A stretch of DNA of 64,000 bases. It comes from a virus (Duplodnaviria; Heunggongvirae; Uroviricota; Caudoviricetes). How positions within the stretch are numbered: the stretch's first letter is position 1; every line of letters begins with the position of its first letter. Shown here one piece after another: positions 27,811 to 36,823 of the stretch. The notes beneath the pieces were generated by a model. It saw only the letters and a list, made by a program, of their open reading frames with translations. It had not been told where the DNA came from and did not search any database. The stretch lies in the IMG/VR virus record IMGVR_UViG_3300029982_000015; one strand, written 5' to 3'. The position numbers and the translations under genes were made by a program.

Positions 27811-28095
27811 ATGGCAAATAGAGTTGGTCTCAACCTTCCAGTTGTGCATCTTCAAGGACTCGGAACCACCAAGGCTAAACCAGCCGGAGAATTTCAGGTG
27901 GGTGAGTACACGATGTGGAACTATGGCTACCAGAGCCGTATCCTTCATATCCAGCCCAAAGGCCGCACTCAGTTAAAATGGCGGGTATTGGCCGACGATG
28001 GTAAAGAGTACGACCGCACGGTTAAGACTTCCCGGCTGGTCGCTATCGGCCTCGCTGGTAACTTCCCTGAACGCCTCAGAACTATCCTGCTGTAG
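27811..28095 (+). CDS. hypothetical protein
   Basis: ATG 27811 (MANRVGLNL...) chosen by promoter geometry. Confidence 0.5.
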   Translation: MANRVGLNLPVVHLQGLGTTKAKPAGEFQVGEYTMWNYGYQSRILHIQPKGRTQLKWRVLADDGKEYDRTVKTSRLVAIGLAGNFPERLRTILL

Positions 28096-28153
28096 GAGAA
28101 ACTATGAACTGGTTGATTTCACTGAGCCAGTCAAATAAAAAATTCCACAAAAA

Positions 28154-28184
28154 CTAACCAAAACCAACAAGAGCGAGGTATACT
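28154..28184 (+). promoter_or_regulatory. reiterated phage promoter; leaderless
   Basis: CTAACCAAAACC...GAGGTATACT; ATG 28191 is 6 nt after the box. Confidence 0.55.
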
Positions 28185-28190
28185 ACGAGT

Positions 28191-29696
28191 ATGGCTACTG
28201 CAACGGATGTGAGGATACTCGAAGCTAAGATGTTTGTCGCGGTGAATACCGCCGACAACAACAACAAATTTTGGAAGTATGAGCGCCTGTCTGCCCCCGT
28301 CACCGAGACCAACAACAAGAACAACTCCGAGACAGGTGACACTCGCATCACATGGGGTCGCGTAGGTGCGGCCAAGCCTGACCAGCAACTTATCATGTGG
28401 GATGTGACCACCATCGCTGGCAAGGTAGCCGACAAGACCGATACCAACAAAAAGGAAGTCATTAGCCGCCTCTCTTCGGGGCAAGGTCTGGACGGGCTGT
28501 CTCGCAAGGGCAAGCGTGACGACTACTACACTGAAGTTAAGACCATCGGTAACTCCACTCAGTCGTCACCGACGACCGCCATCCAAGTGGGACAGAAGCT
28601 GGCGAACGACCAAGTCCGCAAGCTGGCCGTCGCTGAGATTGCCGGTGGGTGCCAAATCACCGCCGCTCTCGTGAAAAAGCTGGCCGAAACCAACCGACAT
28701 GAACTCGTCGCTGCCACGTCCAAGGACAACAAGGGCGTAGACGGTGGTGGCATGGACATTGACCTTGAGACCGGCATGGTGAAGACCCCCCTCGGCGTGC
28801 TCACGCTCGATGCCATCAAGGAAGGTCGTGTGATTCTTGACCGGATGCTTCCCTTTGTCCAGCGTGCCGACACCGACTCCAAGTCATACATTACCTTGTT
28901 CGACCAATACCTTCGCAACATCCCCCAGTTCATCGGGTACAAGCGTGGGGCGCATGTAGACTTCATCAACATCGCCGCTCAGAACTCACTGCTTGACCAG
29001 TTGGAGACTTCGGTTGACCTTGCATTGCAACGCATGAAGGACGCTGAGGAAGCTGCCAAGGCACCGGGCACAAAGGCACCTGAAGCTGTCAAGCAGCAAA
29101 GCTTCTTCGAGTGCAAGCTACGGCTGCTGGATGAGGCCATTGAGAAGGCCATTTGGGAGCGCATCAGGAAGTCCTTCTTCGCGACCGTGAACTACGGCCA
29201 CACGTCTTCCAGTCTCAAGCCGGTGCGGATGTACGAAGTTACCATCCCGCACATGGTTCAAGCGTTCGATGCAGACGGTAAGAAGGTTGGTAACGTGCGT
29301 GAACTGTGGCACGGTACCCGCGTGTTCAACATCCTGTCTATCCTCAAGCGCGGCTTTGTCCTGCCGGGGGCGTTAACTTCCGCTCAGATTTGCGGTGCCA
29401 TGTTCGACAACGGCGTATACTTCTCAGACCAGTCCACCAAGAGCCTGAACTACTCACAGGGCTATTGGGACGGCGGCAGCAAGGACAACAACTGCTACAT
29501 GTTCCGTGCGGATGTTGCCATGGGTAAGCCTTACATCCCGACCGGACCTGATAACCGTGCAGCATCCTACTGCAAGAGGAATGGATTTGACTCCTGCCAC
29601 GCAGTCGCCAATCGCTCAGGTGTTCGCAACGACGAGCAGATTGTCTACCGCACGTCGCAGACCAACATCCGCTACCTCATCGAGTTCAACAAGTAA
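28191..29696 (+). CDS. poly(ADP-ribose) polymerase (WGR domain + PARP catalytic domain)
   Basis: WGR motif KFWKYE...TWGRVG. Catalytic LWHGTRVFNILSILKRGF (= PARP1 LWHGSRTTNFAGILSQGL), GVYFSDQSTKSLNYSQG (= GIYFADMVSKSANY), YMFRADVAMGKPY, and RNDEQIVYRTSQTNIRYLIEF (= [20 protein letters not shown]). H, Y and E triad residues are all present. Confidence 0.85.
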   Translation: MATATDVRILEAKMFVAVNTADNNNKFWKYERLSAPVTETNNKNNSETGDTRITWGRVGAAKPDQQLIMWDVTTIAGKVADKTDTNKKEVISRLSSGQGLDGLSRKGKRDDYYTEVKTIGNSTQSSPTTAIQVGQKLANDQVRKLAVAEIAGGCQITAALVKKLAETNRHELVAATSKDNKGVDGGGMDIDLETGMVKTPLGVLTLDAIKEGRVILDRMLPFVQRADTDSKSYITLFDQYLRNIPQFIGYKRGAHVDFINIAAQNSLLDQLETSVDLALQRMKDAEEAAKAPGTKAPEAVKQQSFFECKLRLLDEAIEKAIWERIRKSFFATVNYGHTSSSLKPVRMYEVTIPHMVQAFDADGKKVGNVRELWHGTRVFNILSILKRGFVLPGALTSAQICGAMFDNGVYFSDQSTKSLNYSQGYWDGGSKDNNCYMFRADVAMGKPYIPTGPDNRAASYCKRNGFDSCHAVANRSGVRNDEQIVYRTSQTNIRYLIEFNK

Positions 29697-29713
29697 CCTG
29701 CAAGGGAATCCCA

Positions 29714-29941
29714 ATGCCTGAAGATGACTTCTTGAAACTGGGGGACAAACCCAGTGATAATCTGGCCGAAGAAATGCTGAACGGTCTCCCGCTGGCGACA
29801 CTGCGAGACATGGAGTATGAGGCGGAGATGGAGTTCCGCCGCTCCAAGACCCCTCAAGAGATGATTGAGCGGACGCTAATATGGAGACTCATCGAAACCG
29901 TCTACCTGAAGCGTTTGAGCAGGGGAAAAGCAAATGACTAA
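29714..29941 (+). CDS. hypothetical protein
   Basis: 75-aa ORF. Confidence 0.4.
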   Translation: MPEDDFLKLGDKPSDNLAEEMLNGLPLATLRDMEYEAEMEFRRSKTPQEMIERTLIWRLIETVYLKRLSRGKAND

Positions 29942-30263
29942 CCGATTGGACTACACTAAACTCACATGGGGTGAGTTGGCTGAAGTCATACGTTCGGTCT
30001 GGCATGAAATGAAGCGTCGGAATCCCATTGGTATCAACTGTTACGGTGCTCCCTTTCAAACCGCCTTTGCCTATCTGGTGGAGATAGAAGAGGCCGAAAA
30101 GGAAAACCCAACAGCCGAGGTTGGGCCGGGGGCTTTCAATCCAGTGCAATGCCTGACCTGCAATGGGGATGGAAAGATTATGTCAGCAACTGGGAAGAAG
30201 AGACAGCCGCTTAAGGCTATTGAATGTCCTGATTGCAAAGGTTCAGGTAAAGTTAAGTTGTGA
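29934..30263 (+). CDS. DnaJ-type zinc-finger protein
   Basis: CLTCNGDGKI and CPDCKGSGKV (CxxCxGxG repeats). Confidence 0.45.
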   Translation: MTNRLDYTKLTWGELAEVIRSVWHEMKRRNPIGINCYGAPFQTAFAYLVEIEEAEKENPTAEVGPGAFNPVQCLTCNGDGKIMSATGKKRQPLKAIECPDCKGSGKVKL

Positions 30264-30440
30264 GGTTGATTGATGGCGAGTGAAAAGCTCTGCCCGGTTT
30301 GTAAGACAGCACAGCCGGTAACAGTCACCGGGGTGGTCACACCCCACAATAAGCCCGAGGGCATCGGTCGTTGCAAAGGTTCCGAACGACTGCCCTACGT
30401 GAAGATGGAGAGGTTATGAAAAAGGACGACGGGGGCAAAC

Positions 30441-30782
30441 ATGAATCGTATTGAAATCAACGGCGTCATCTTTGAAAGTGCAGGCACAATCAGCATCATC
30501 AACGGACGTGTGTCTGTTGGTGGCAAACAACTGACTGAAGTAAAGGAAACCCTCATTCGTATTGAGGTTCATGGCGACCTGACTTCGTTAACCACCGATA
30601 GCAGCGTGACCGTTCATGGAAATGTCACGGGGAATGTTGATGCCGGAGGTAGCATTCAGTGTGAGAGTGTCGGCGGGGATGCCGACGCCGGAGGTAGCAT
30701 TCAGTGCGGTAATGTGGGAGGCAGTGTGGATGCAGGGGGCAGCGTTATCGCAAAGACCATCATGAGCGGGAGCCGTTTATGA
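30441..30782 (+). CDS. Gly/Asp-rich repeat protein (bactofilin-like beta-helical repeats?)
   Basis: Repeats DAGGSIQCESVGGDADAGGSIQCGNVGGSVDAGGSV, encoded by a near-tandem DNA repeat around 30640-30720. Confidence 0.4.
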   Translation: MNRIEINGVIFESAGTISIINGRVSVGGKQLTEVKETLIRIEVHGDLTSLTTDSSVTVHGNVTGNVDAGGSIQCESVGGDADAGGSIQCGNVGGSVDAGGSVIAKTIMSGSRL

Positions 30783-30967
30783 TGGGAATACTTCGAGCAT
30801 TTGTCGCGGGAATGGGATTCATCTTTGGGTTCGCCCTCTTTGTGTTCCTGTTCATATTCAAACCCCCAGTCAACCCCTTCGACGCTGTGTTGATGTACTC
30901 GCTTCTTGGCCTCTCTTCCATCTATTGTTTCAGCATCGGTTTCACTGCCAAGGGGATGAAAAAGTGA
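30779..30967 (+). CDS. small membrane protein
   Basis: Two TM helices. Confidence 0.4.
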   Translation: MMGILRAFVAGMGFIFGFALFVFLFIFKPPVNPFDAVLMYSLLGLSSIYCFSIGFTAKGMKK

Positions 30968-31175
30968 GTCGTGATTATGAATATGAACTCGCACAGATGA
31001 AACAACGAGGGGCATCCCTTCGTCGGTTTCTAGCTGGTGGGAACGCCATCAGCGGCTTGATGCTCATCGCCCTCGCGGCGGTGGCACCCAGCTTTACTTT
31101 GCAGAATCGGCTGGTCTTTGGTTTTCTCGGCCTTTGCTGCCTCCTAATCATGCTCTTCGCTCTTCGGGTGAAATC

Positions 31176-31721
31176 ATGAGCCGAGGCTGGCGGGGCATGT
31201 GCGTAGTCGCGGAGTTCGCACCGGAAGATGTGTTACCTCTCCGGGGCAACCATGAGGTTATTTTCTATGCCGGAGACTTCCCCTTCAGTGTCCACATGGA
31301 CAGCCTACGCTACGCTACCTTCGCCAAGTCGCTGGTATGCTGCTCCTGCGGCCTTGTAGGCTCTGTGATGCGTCTGGAGTATAGCTACCACCAGCAAGGT
31401 CATGTTCGACCACACTTCAATCTCTACGCCCTCAATCCGGACAATGGCACCTATGTTCTGATGACCAAAGACCACATCATTCCCGTCTCCAAAGGAGGCA
31501 AGGATTTGGAGAGCAACCTGCAAACGATGTGCTCACCCTGCAATTTGAAAAAAGGAGATAAATTCCATGCCACAAATGAAGATAGAAAAGGAACCGGGCT
31601 CAACACCAGACCCCACAGTCACAAAGAAGGGGATTCTGGAACTCAGAATGACACCTCGCGGTTTCAGCCGTATCGAGTTCACCGACAGGTACGGGATTCA
31701 GTGCTCGTTACAAGAGAGTAG
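31176..31721 (+). CDS. HNH endonuclease
   Basis: DHIIPVSKGGKDLESNLQTMCSPCNLKKGDK; ATGA overlap with the upstream stop. Confidence 0.6.
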   Translation: MSRGWRGMCVVAEFAPEDVLPLRGNHEVIFYAGDFPFSVHMDSLRYATFAKSLVCCSCGLVGSVMRLEYSYHQQGHVRPHFNLYALNPDNGTYVLMTKDHIIPVSKGGKDLESNLQTMCSPCNLKKGDKFHATNEDRKGTGLNTRPHSHKEGDSGTQNDTSRFQPYRVHRQVRDSVLVTRE

Positions 31722-31923
31722 CCTCGCGACCGAAGCAGCCATCTGGTTTGGAGTCAATAATGCCAACCCTCAGGTCTGCATCCCCGGCAAAGGTTGGACG
31801 CCTGTACCTCTGCCGGAAGGTACTGTCTGCACAGACCGGATGCACCTGACGCAGGACATGGTAAGGGAACTCCTGCCTCTGCTGCAACAATTTGCCGAGA
31901 CTGGAGAACTCCCCTATGCTTAA
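31567..31923 (+). CDS. hypothetical protein
   Basis: 118-aa ORF; overlaps the 3' end of the HNH gene in another frame. Confidence 0.35.
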   Translation: MPQMKIEKEPGSTPDPTVTKKGILELRMTPRGFSRIEFTDRYGIQCSLQESSLATEAAIWFGVNNANPQVCIPGKGWTPVPLPEGTVCTDRMHLTQDMVRELLPLLQQFAETGELPYA

Positions 31924-32073
31924 GAAACTCAACTTGTTCGGCGGCAAGGTGACCGTTACCCGCAAGGAGAAGTTCGACTGGGCCGCTTACTGGCGGACGT
32001 TCATCATCATTTTCCTTGTGGAACTGGTTTACATCACCTGTACCACCGACTGGTCAAAAATATTTCACAAAAA

Positions 32074-32104
32074 CTAGCCAAAACCTATACACTCCCGATA
32101 TACT
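32074..32104 (+). promoter_or_regulatory. reiterated phage promoter
   Basis: CTAGCCAAAACC...CCGATATACT. Confidence 0.55.
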
Positions 32105-32121
32105 AACAGTGGAGGATTTAC

Positions 32122-32487
32122 ATGAAGGTTTATGGCAACTTGATGAACCGGATTATGGAGTCGGCTAAACCAGCCCACCCTGAAGTTGGCATGGGAGCGA
32201 CCATCACCATGTACAGCGACCGCTATCCGGCAACCATCGTCGGCGTGGAACTATTCAAGAGCGGCCCGAACAAGGGCACCGCCAGCGTGATTCGGGTACA
32301 GGAAGATGACGCGGTACGCACCGACAAGAACGGCATGAGCGAAGACCAAGACTATGACTACACCCCCAACACCAACAACCCCATCATCACTTTCACCCGA
32401 CGCAAGAATGGCAGCTTCACCGAGAAGGGCAGAACATCCGGACTCATCGTCGGCAGGCGCGACAAATACTATGACTTCAGCTTCTAA
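32122..32487 (+). CDS. hypothetical protein
   Basis: GGAGG SD. Confidence 0.5.
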   Translation: MKVYGNLMNRIMESAKPAHPEVGMGATITMYSDRYPATIVGVELFKSGPNKGTASVIRVQEDDAVRTDKNGMSEDQDYDYTPNTNNPIITFTRRKNGSFTEKGRTSGLIVGRRDKYYDFSF

Positions 32488-32621
32488 TCCGCCGAACATC
32501 CTCGACGTGATTAGGATGTACCGGAGAGAGCGAGAGCTTAGCTTTGAACAGGCGAAGGCTCTCGCTATTCAGGAGTTCGACAAACGCGGCTGGCCGCATC
32601 CTTCTGTAAAGTGAGAAACGC

Positions 32622-33080
32622 ATGATATTGGACGTTTACAACCAACTACCCGAAGCCACTCCCGAAACCGTCAAAGAGATGGGAGTAAAGTACGCTGAAA
32701 TTTTTGGCTTGGCCGTCAATCTAATTTTTGGCTTGGCCGTCAATCTACACCTTTTCGAGCAGGTCGTAGAGCGACTCATTGACAATGAGACCCATCAAAT
32801 CCACGGCGGCGAAAGCCTTGCCGCGAGGGCTTGGCGTCTTTACCGGCTGGAGCAAAACCCCGGCTTGTTGGTGTTTCAGAATAACAACCTAGAGGTCATG
32901 ATTTCCACACCCGGCATCGTGTGGACGACTCTTAAGGTCACCGGACATGAGACCACGCTGGCCGACTACCGGGAATTCATCGCCAGTCTCATCATCAAGC
33001 ATGGTGCTGACACCCGGTTTTGTTTGACATCAGACCGTGGCGACGAATACTTCAATCTGCGAGTGCCGGGAGGCCAATGA
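32622..33080 (+). CDS. hypothetical protein carrying a perfect 24-bp tandem duplication
   Basis: ATTTTTGGCTTGGCCGTCAATCTA repeated twice (32700-32747), giving IFGLAVNLIFGLAVNL. Confidence 0.45.
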   Translation: MILDVYNQLPEATPETVKEMGVKYAEIFGLAVNLIFGLAVNLHLFEQVVERLIDNETHQIHGGESLAARAWRLYRLEQNPGLLVFQNNNLEVMISTPGIVWTTLKVTGHETTLADYREFIASLIIKHGADTRFCLTSDRGDEYFNLRVPGGQ

Positions 33081-33307
33081 TGCCTTACTGCAATAAGCAA
33101 GTAATGACCACCGGCTTGAATTTCAATCGCCTTCGACAATGCAAGAACCACGCCATCGAGGGCTCCAAATTATGCCACGCACATCAACCCAAACCCAAAC
33201 CTGAGTACAAGCCTGACCCCTACAAGACCGCCCTATTTGTGGCTGGCCTACAGGCTAAAGCTAGGACTCGCCGGGGAAGAGCACCAAAAAATCCTTGGGA
33301 AACCTAG
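33077..33307 (+). CDS. small Cys/His zinc-binding protein
   Basis: ATGATG start overlapping the upstream stop; CNKQ...CKNH...CHAH. Confidence 0.4.
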   Translation: MMPYCNKQVMTTGLNFNRLRQCKNHAIEGSKLCHAHQPKPKPEYKPDPYKTALFVAGLQAKARTRRGRAPKNPWET

Positions 33308-33334
33308 CCAAAACACCTACACTCCCGGTATACT
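33304..33334 (+). promoter_or_regulatory. reiterated phage promoter; leaderless
   Basis: CTAGCCAAAAC...CCGGTATACT; ATG 33341 is 6 nt after the box. Confidence 0.55.
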
Positions 33335-33340
33335 AGAGAC

Positions 33341-34615
33341 ATGGACATGAGAGAAGCCGCTGAATTCGTGTTGAACACCCTCCGCAAGGCAGGATTTGAA
33401 GCCTACTTTGCTGGTGGTTGTGTTCGTGACTTTGTGATGGGACGGACTCCTAAGGATTTTGATATCACAACCAATGCCCGTCCAGAGCAGGTCACTCCCC
33501 TGTTTGATAAGACCATACCAGTCGGTGCTGCATTCGGCGTCGTGGTGGTGATGGTGGGAGGGTTTCAGTTTGAGGTCGCCACCTATCGTGCTGACGGTGC
33601 CTACAGCGATGGCCGTCGCCCCGATGAGGTTACCTACAGCAATTCCGCCGAGGAAGATGTAAAGCGGCGGGACTTCACCATGAACGGGCTCCTGATAGCC
33701 AATCCGTTTGATGCCCTCATGACCGATTACAGTCTCGGCGTCCTCGACTACGTGGGCGGCAGGGATGACATCGAAAACCGGGTCATCCGGTGTATCGGCA
33801 ATGCCGACACGCGCTTCAAAGAAGATGCATTGCGGATGTTGCGTGCGGTTCGCTTCGTTGGTCAGTTAGGCTTCGAGATAGAGGCGGAAACCTTCAAGGC
33901 CCTACAGGCGAACGTGGACAGCATAGTCAACGTCTCCCGCGAACGTGTTGCGGAGGAGTTGAAGAAGCTGACCACATCCAAGTTCGCTGCCAGAGGGTTG
34001 GCGGCGTTGGCGTCTACTGGTTTGCTGCGTCGTCTGCTGCCTGACGGTGTTTCCGATACGCGCTTCGCCTTTACACTGGAGCGGTTCGCTATGTTCCAAA
34101 CAACCGACCCCGTGATGGGTCTGGCGATGTTGCTGGCTGATACTCAGACCAACGAGATGGCAGCGTTGACCTGCGACAGCTTCAAGCTGTCTACGGATGA
34201 ACGTGACGCCATCTTGGGTGCGGTTAGAAATCAGGAAGCCATAGGTTCAATTGGCTCTCCGGCTGGTACCAAGCTGTTGGCTCGTGAGAAGGGTGTACTG
34301 CCGTATGCAGTAGACCTGTTCGAGCAGAACATAGGTTTGGGCTTTGCAAACGGTGTAGAGGCAGGGATGGATGCAGTACTGCGGTACAGGGCATTAACGC
34401 CGGAAGACATACGCCCATCACCGTTTGTCTCTGGCCGGGATTTGATAGAGATGGGATTCACGCCGGGGCCGATGTTCACCACGGTTTTAAGGGCGGTGGA
34501 GTTCGGTCAATTAAACGGCACATTGACCACCCGCGAACAGGCACTCGGCTTCGCTAAGTTCGAATCCGGGGTGCAGGAAACAGCAGCCTTCGTCAAGAGC
34601 GAAGCGGAAAGGTAA
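33341..34615 (+). CDS. cca: tRNA nucleotidyltransferase (CCA-adding enzyme), class II
   Basis: YFAGGCVRDFVMGRTPKDFDITT (GGxVRD...DxD) and EEDVKRRDFTMNGLL (RRDFTIN) head-domain motifs. Confidence 0.85.
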   Translation: MDMREAAEFVLNTLRKAGFEAYFAGGCVRDFVMGRTPKDFDITTNARPEQVTPLFDKTIPVGAAFGVVVVMVGGFQFEVATYRADGAYSDGRRPDEVTYSNSAEEDVKRRDFTMNGLLIANPFDALMTDYSLGVLDYVGGRDDIENRVIRCIGNADTRFKEDALRMLRAVRFVGQLGFEIEAETFKALQANVDSIVNVSRERVAEELKKLTTSKFAARGLAALASTGLLRRLLPDGVSDTRFAFTLERFAMFQTTDPVMGLAMLLADTQTNEMAALTCDSFKLSTDERDAILGAVRNQEAIGSIGSPAGTKLLAREKGVLPYAVDLFEQNIGLGFANGVEAGMDAVLRYRALTPEDIRPSPFVSGRDLIEMGFTPGPMFTTVLRAVEFGQLNGTLTTREQALGFAKFESGVQETAAFVKSEAER

Positions 34616-34617
34616 TC

Positions 34618-34977
34618 ATGGGTCTCTACAATTTGCTCTTCGGCCAGAACCCACGCGCTCATGTCTATCTGGCCTGTCTTGGTCTGAACCCCGGTGATGT
34701 CGGGCGATTCCGCGACTGCTACCTGAAGGATGGCACCATCGCGGTCTACACGCGCAACGGCGGCGGGAATCGGGAAGACTACATGCCCGATTTCTCCAAC
34801 CATGCCAACTACCTGCGTGACGAGGACGACGACTTCGACTGCACGTACGCAACCATCTACTTCTCTTATCCTACGGAGTATGTCGAGATTCTCAAGGCTC
34901 TGGAGAGTGGCGAAGGAAATGCCCCTCCGAGTGAGAAGTGGACTAAGCTTTTGGAGTCGATGAACAATGACAAGTGA
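34618..34977 (+). CDS. hypothetical protein
   Basis: 119-aa ORF. Confidence 0.45.
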   Translation: MGLYNLLFGQNPRAHVYLACLGLNPGDVGRFRDCYLKDGTIAVYTRNGGGNREDYMPDFSNHANYLRDEDDDFDCTYATIYFSYPTEYVEILKALESGEGNAPPSEKWTKLLESMNNDK

Positions 34978-35641
34978 AACCGAACTTCTTCTCACTCGCG
35001 GTCTCCCCAAATGGCCGGGGTTGCTCGTAGTGGGCGAACCCGTGACTCTTGAACAGGCGGAGGAGATTATCATCCGCACCGCGAGTCTCCACTTTTCCTC
35101 GAACGACAAGGCATTCCTGCGCGACCTGTACAAAGCAGCAGACATCGAACTTGAGGCCGATTACCCATGGCCGGAGTGGAAGTCCATGCAAGCGGCTGAG
35201 AGCAAGTACAAGGTACTTCCGCTTGACTACCTGCACAACTCACAGATTGTCTCTTCCTACATCGGCGGACCACACGGCTGGTGCGATTGGGAGGGACACA
35301 TTGGATGCAACAACTACAATATCGGCAAGTGGCCGTCTGTTGAGAATGTGTTCAATGAGTGGAGCCTTATCGCCGCTGCATTTTCTTTTCTGAAGTTAAA
35401 GAGTCAGCTTTTCAATGGGGAGACTTCTGAGAACGAGAATGGAGAACTCCAGCCTGTCGTTCAATTCAACATCAACGAGGGCGTGGTGGAGCTTGTAACG
35501 CCCGAGGCGGTAGGTGCTGCGGTTGCACCTGACTTCGAGGCATTTACCAGAAAGCTATTTGCTCCCGGTGGTGAACGCGGCTGCACGATTGCCAAATTCA
35601 AACACGCACTGGCAACAACGCTGAAAGCGGTGACAAAGTGA
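34967..35641 (+). CDS. hypothetical protein
   Basis: 224-aa ORF. Confidence 0.45.
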   Translation: MTSETELLLTRGLPKWPGLLVVGEPVTLEQAEEIIIRTASLHFSSNDKAFLRDLYKAADIELEADYPWPEWKSMQAAESKYKVLPLDYLHNSQIVSSYIGGPHGWCDWEGHIGCNNYNIGKWPSVENVFNEWSLIAAAFSFLKLKSQLFNGETSENENGELQPVVQFNINEGVVELVTPEAVGAAVAPDFEAFTRKLFAPGGERGCTIAKFKHALATTLKAVTK

Positions 35642-36006
35642 TTTACGACCAAATCAGAGTGAAGCTGGCTCCGACGCTGAAGCTTCTCGATGAGGAACTC
35701 ACCGAGATTGTAAAATCCATCGCTACACTGACCGAAGCCATCAAAGTGGAGGACAGCAAGAAGCATGAGGCTGAACTGCGGGAGGCGCGTAAAGTTCTCG
35801 AACGCCAACGTCGCGAGATTTGGCACAAACAACAGGCGCTGGAAGTGGAGGAGTTCAAGAGGCTCATCGCCGAGGAGTATGACCTCCCTCAAACACACCC
35901 CAAATTCGCCAAAGCGTACAGCATCGCATATCAGCACGGGTCCGGCTGCGGTTGGTCTGATGTGGAGAGTCTATTCGGTGAGCTTGTCGAGCTTGTGAAA
36001 GGATAA
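35638..36006 (+). CDS. coiled-coil protein
   Basis: 122-aa ORF. Confidence 0.45.
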   Translation: MIYDQIRVKLAPTLKLLDEELTEIVKSIATLTEAIKVEDSKKHEAELREARKVLERQRREIWHKQQALEVEEFKRLIAEEYDLPQTHPKFAKAYSIAYQHGSGCGWSDVESLFGELVELVKG

Positions 36007-36007
36007 C

Positions 36008-36286
36008 ATGAACATCGTAGAGAGTGCAGTTACCGCCCTCATCATCATGATATTTGTTACGTTCCTTCTCATGTGGGTGAGGGTTCTCCAAGCCGGTTTG
36101 CGCCTTCGCAAGAAGCGGCTGGAAGACGCCGTAGCCGCTCGAAAATCTGAGGCCCAGCGGAGACTGGCTGAGACGAATTTCCGCATTCAGGACTCGTGGT
36201 TGATTGCGTCTCCGGTGGAAGTGCCAGAATTTCCAAAGGAGGAACACAGTGATTATCGTCAAACAAAGGAAACCACAAGCACCTGA
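36008..36286 (+). CDS. membrane protein
   Basis: TM helix ALIIMIFVTFLLMWV. Confidence 0.4.
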   Translation: MNIVESAVTALIIMIFVTFLLMWVRVLQAGLRLRKKRLEDAVAARKSEAQRRLAETNFRIQDSWLIASPVEVPEFPKEEHSDYRQTKETTST

Positions 36287-36488
36287 GAAAATATACACAC
36301 TTCAGTGCAAGTGTGGAACCATAGTGTCCTTTAAGTACAGCGAGGGCACATCCCACCGGGACACCGAAGGTGCTGAGTTCCTCACATTACCCTGCCCGGT
36401 CTGTCATGAGGTCAACCGAATCAATGTTGATCGAGGCACTAACAGGATCGTTATACCCGAGATGAGAATATGGCCGAAGCAAGAGTAG
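36204..36488 (+). CDS. zinc-ribbon protein (start likely internal, GTG ~36252)
   Basis: CKCG...CPVCH. Confidence 0.35.
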   Translation: MRLRWKCQNFQRRNTVIIVKQRKPQAPEKIYTLQCKCGTIVSFKYSEGTSHRDTEGAEFLTLPCPVCHEVNRINVDRGTNRIVIPEMRIWPKQE

Positions 36489-36673
36489 TTCTCGAAGGAC
36501 GCGATTTGAGGCAACTCCTCACGGGTGGGGTTGTCGTGAAGCTGGAGGGCAGCACAAAGGTTCGTATTACCCTTGCCGACATTGGCTACATGCAAATTGG
36601 TAGCATCGTTGCCAACGCACTAGGACTGGAACTGAAAGCGAAGGAGCGTCTTGATGAGATTAGTCTCCGATGA
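36470..36673 (+). CDS. hypothetical protein
   Basis: 67-aa ORF. Confidence 0.35.
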   Translation: MAEARVVLEGRDLRQLLTGGVVVKLEGSTKVRITLADIGYMQIGSIVANALGLELKAKERLDEISLR

Positions 36674-36823
36674 AGTAAGAGACCTGCGGCAACTGATTGA
36701 GAACTGCCTGACCGTTCTGCGTACGCTACGTGATGACCCAGCTATCACCAGTGGTAAAGTCAAACTCAACCCTGACGTTGTTAGTTTCGTCAACTCCGCC
36801 GAGAAAGCGTACAAGCTGATTCG

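Noticed and set aside
28191-29696. Orthology of the PARP to vault PARP4 (vPARP)
   Set aside because: The architecture is WGR plus catalytic (PARP1-3-like) with no BRCT, VIT, vWA or MVP-interaction domain; a vault association is only inferred from co-occurrence with MVP
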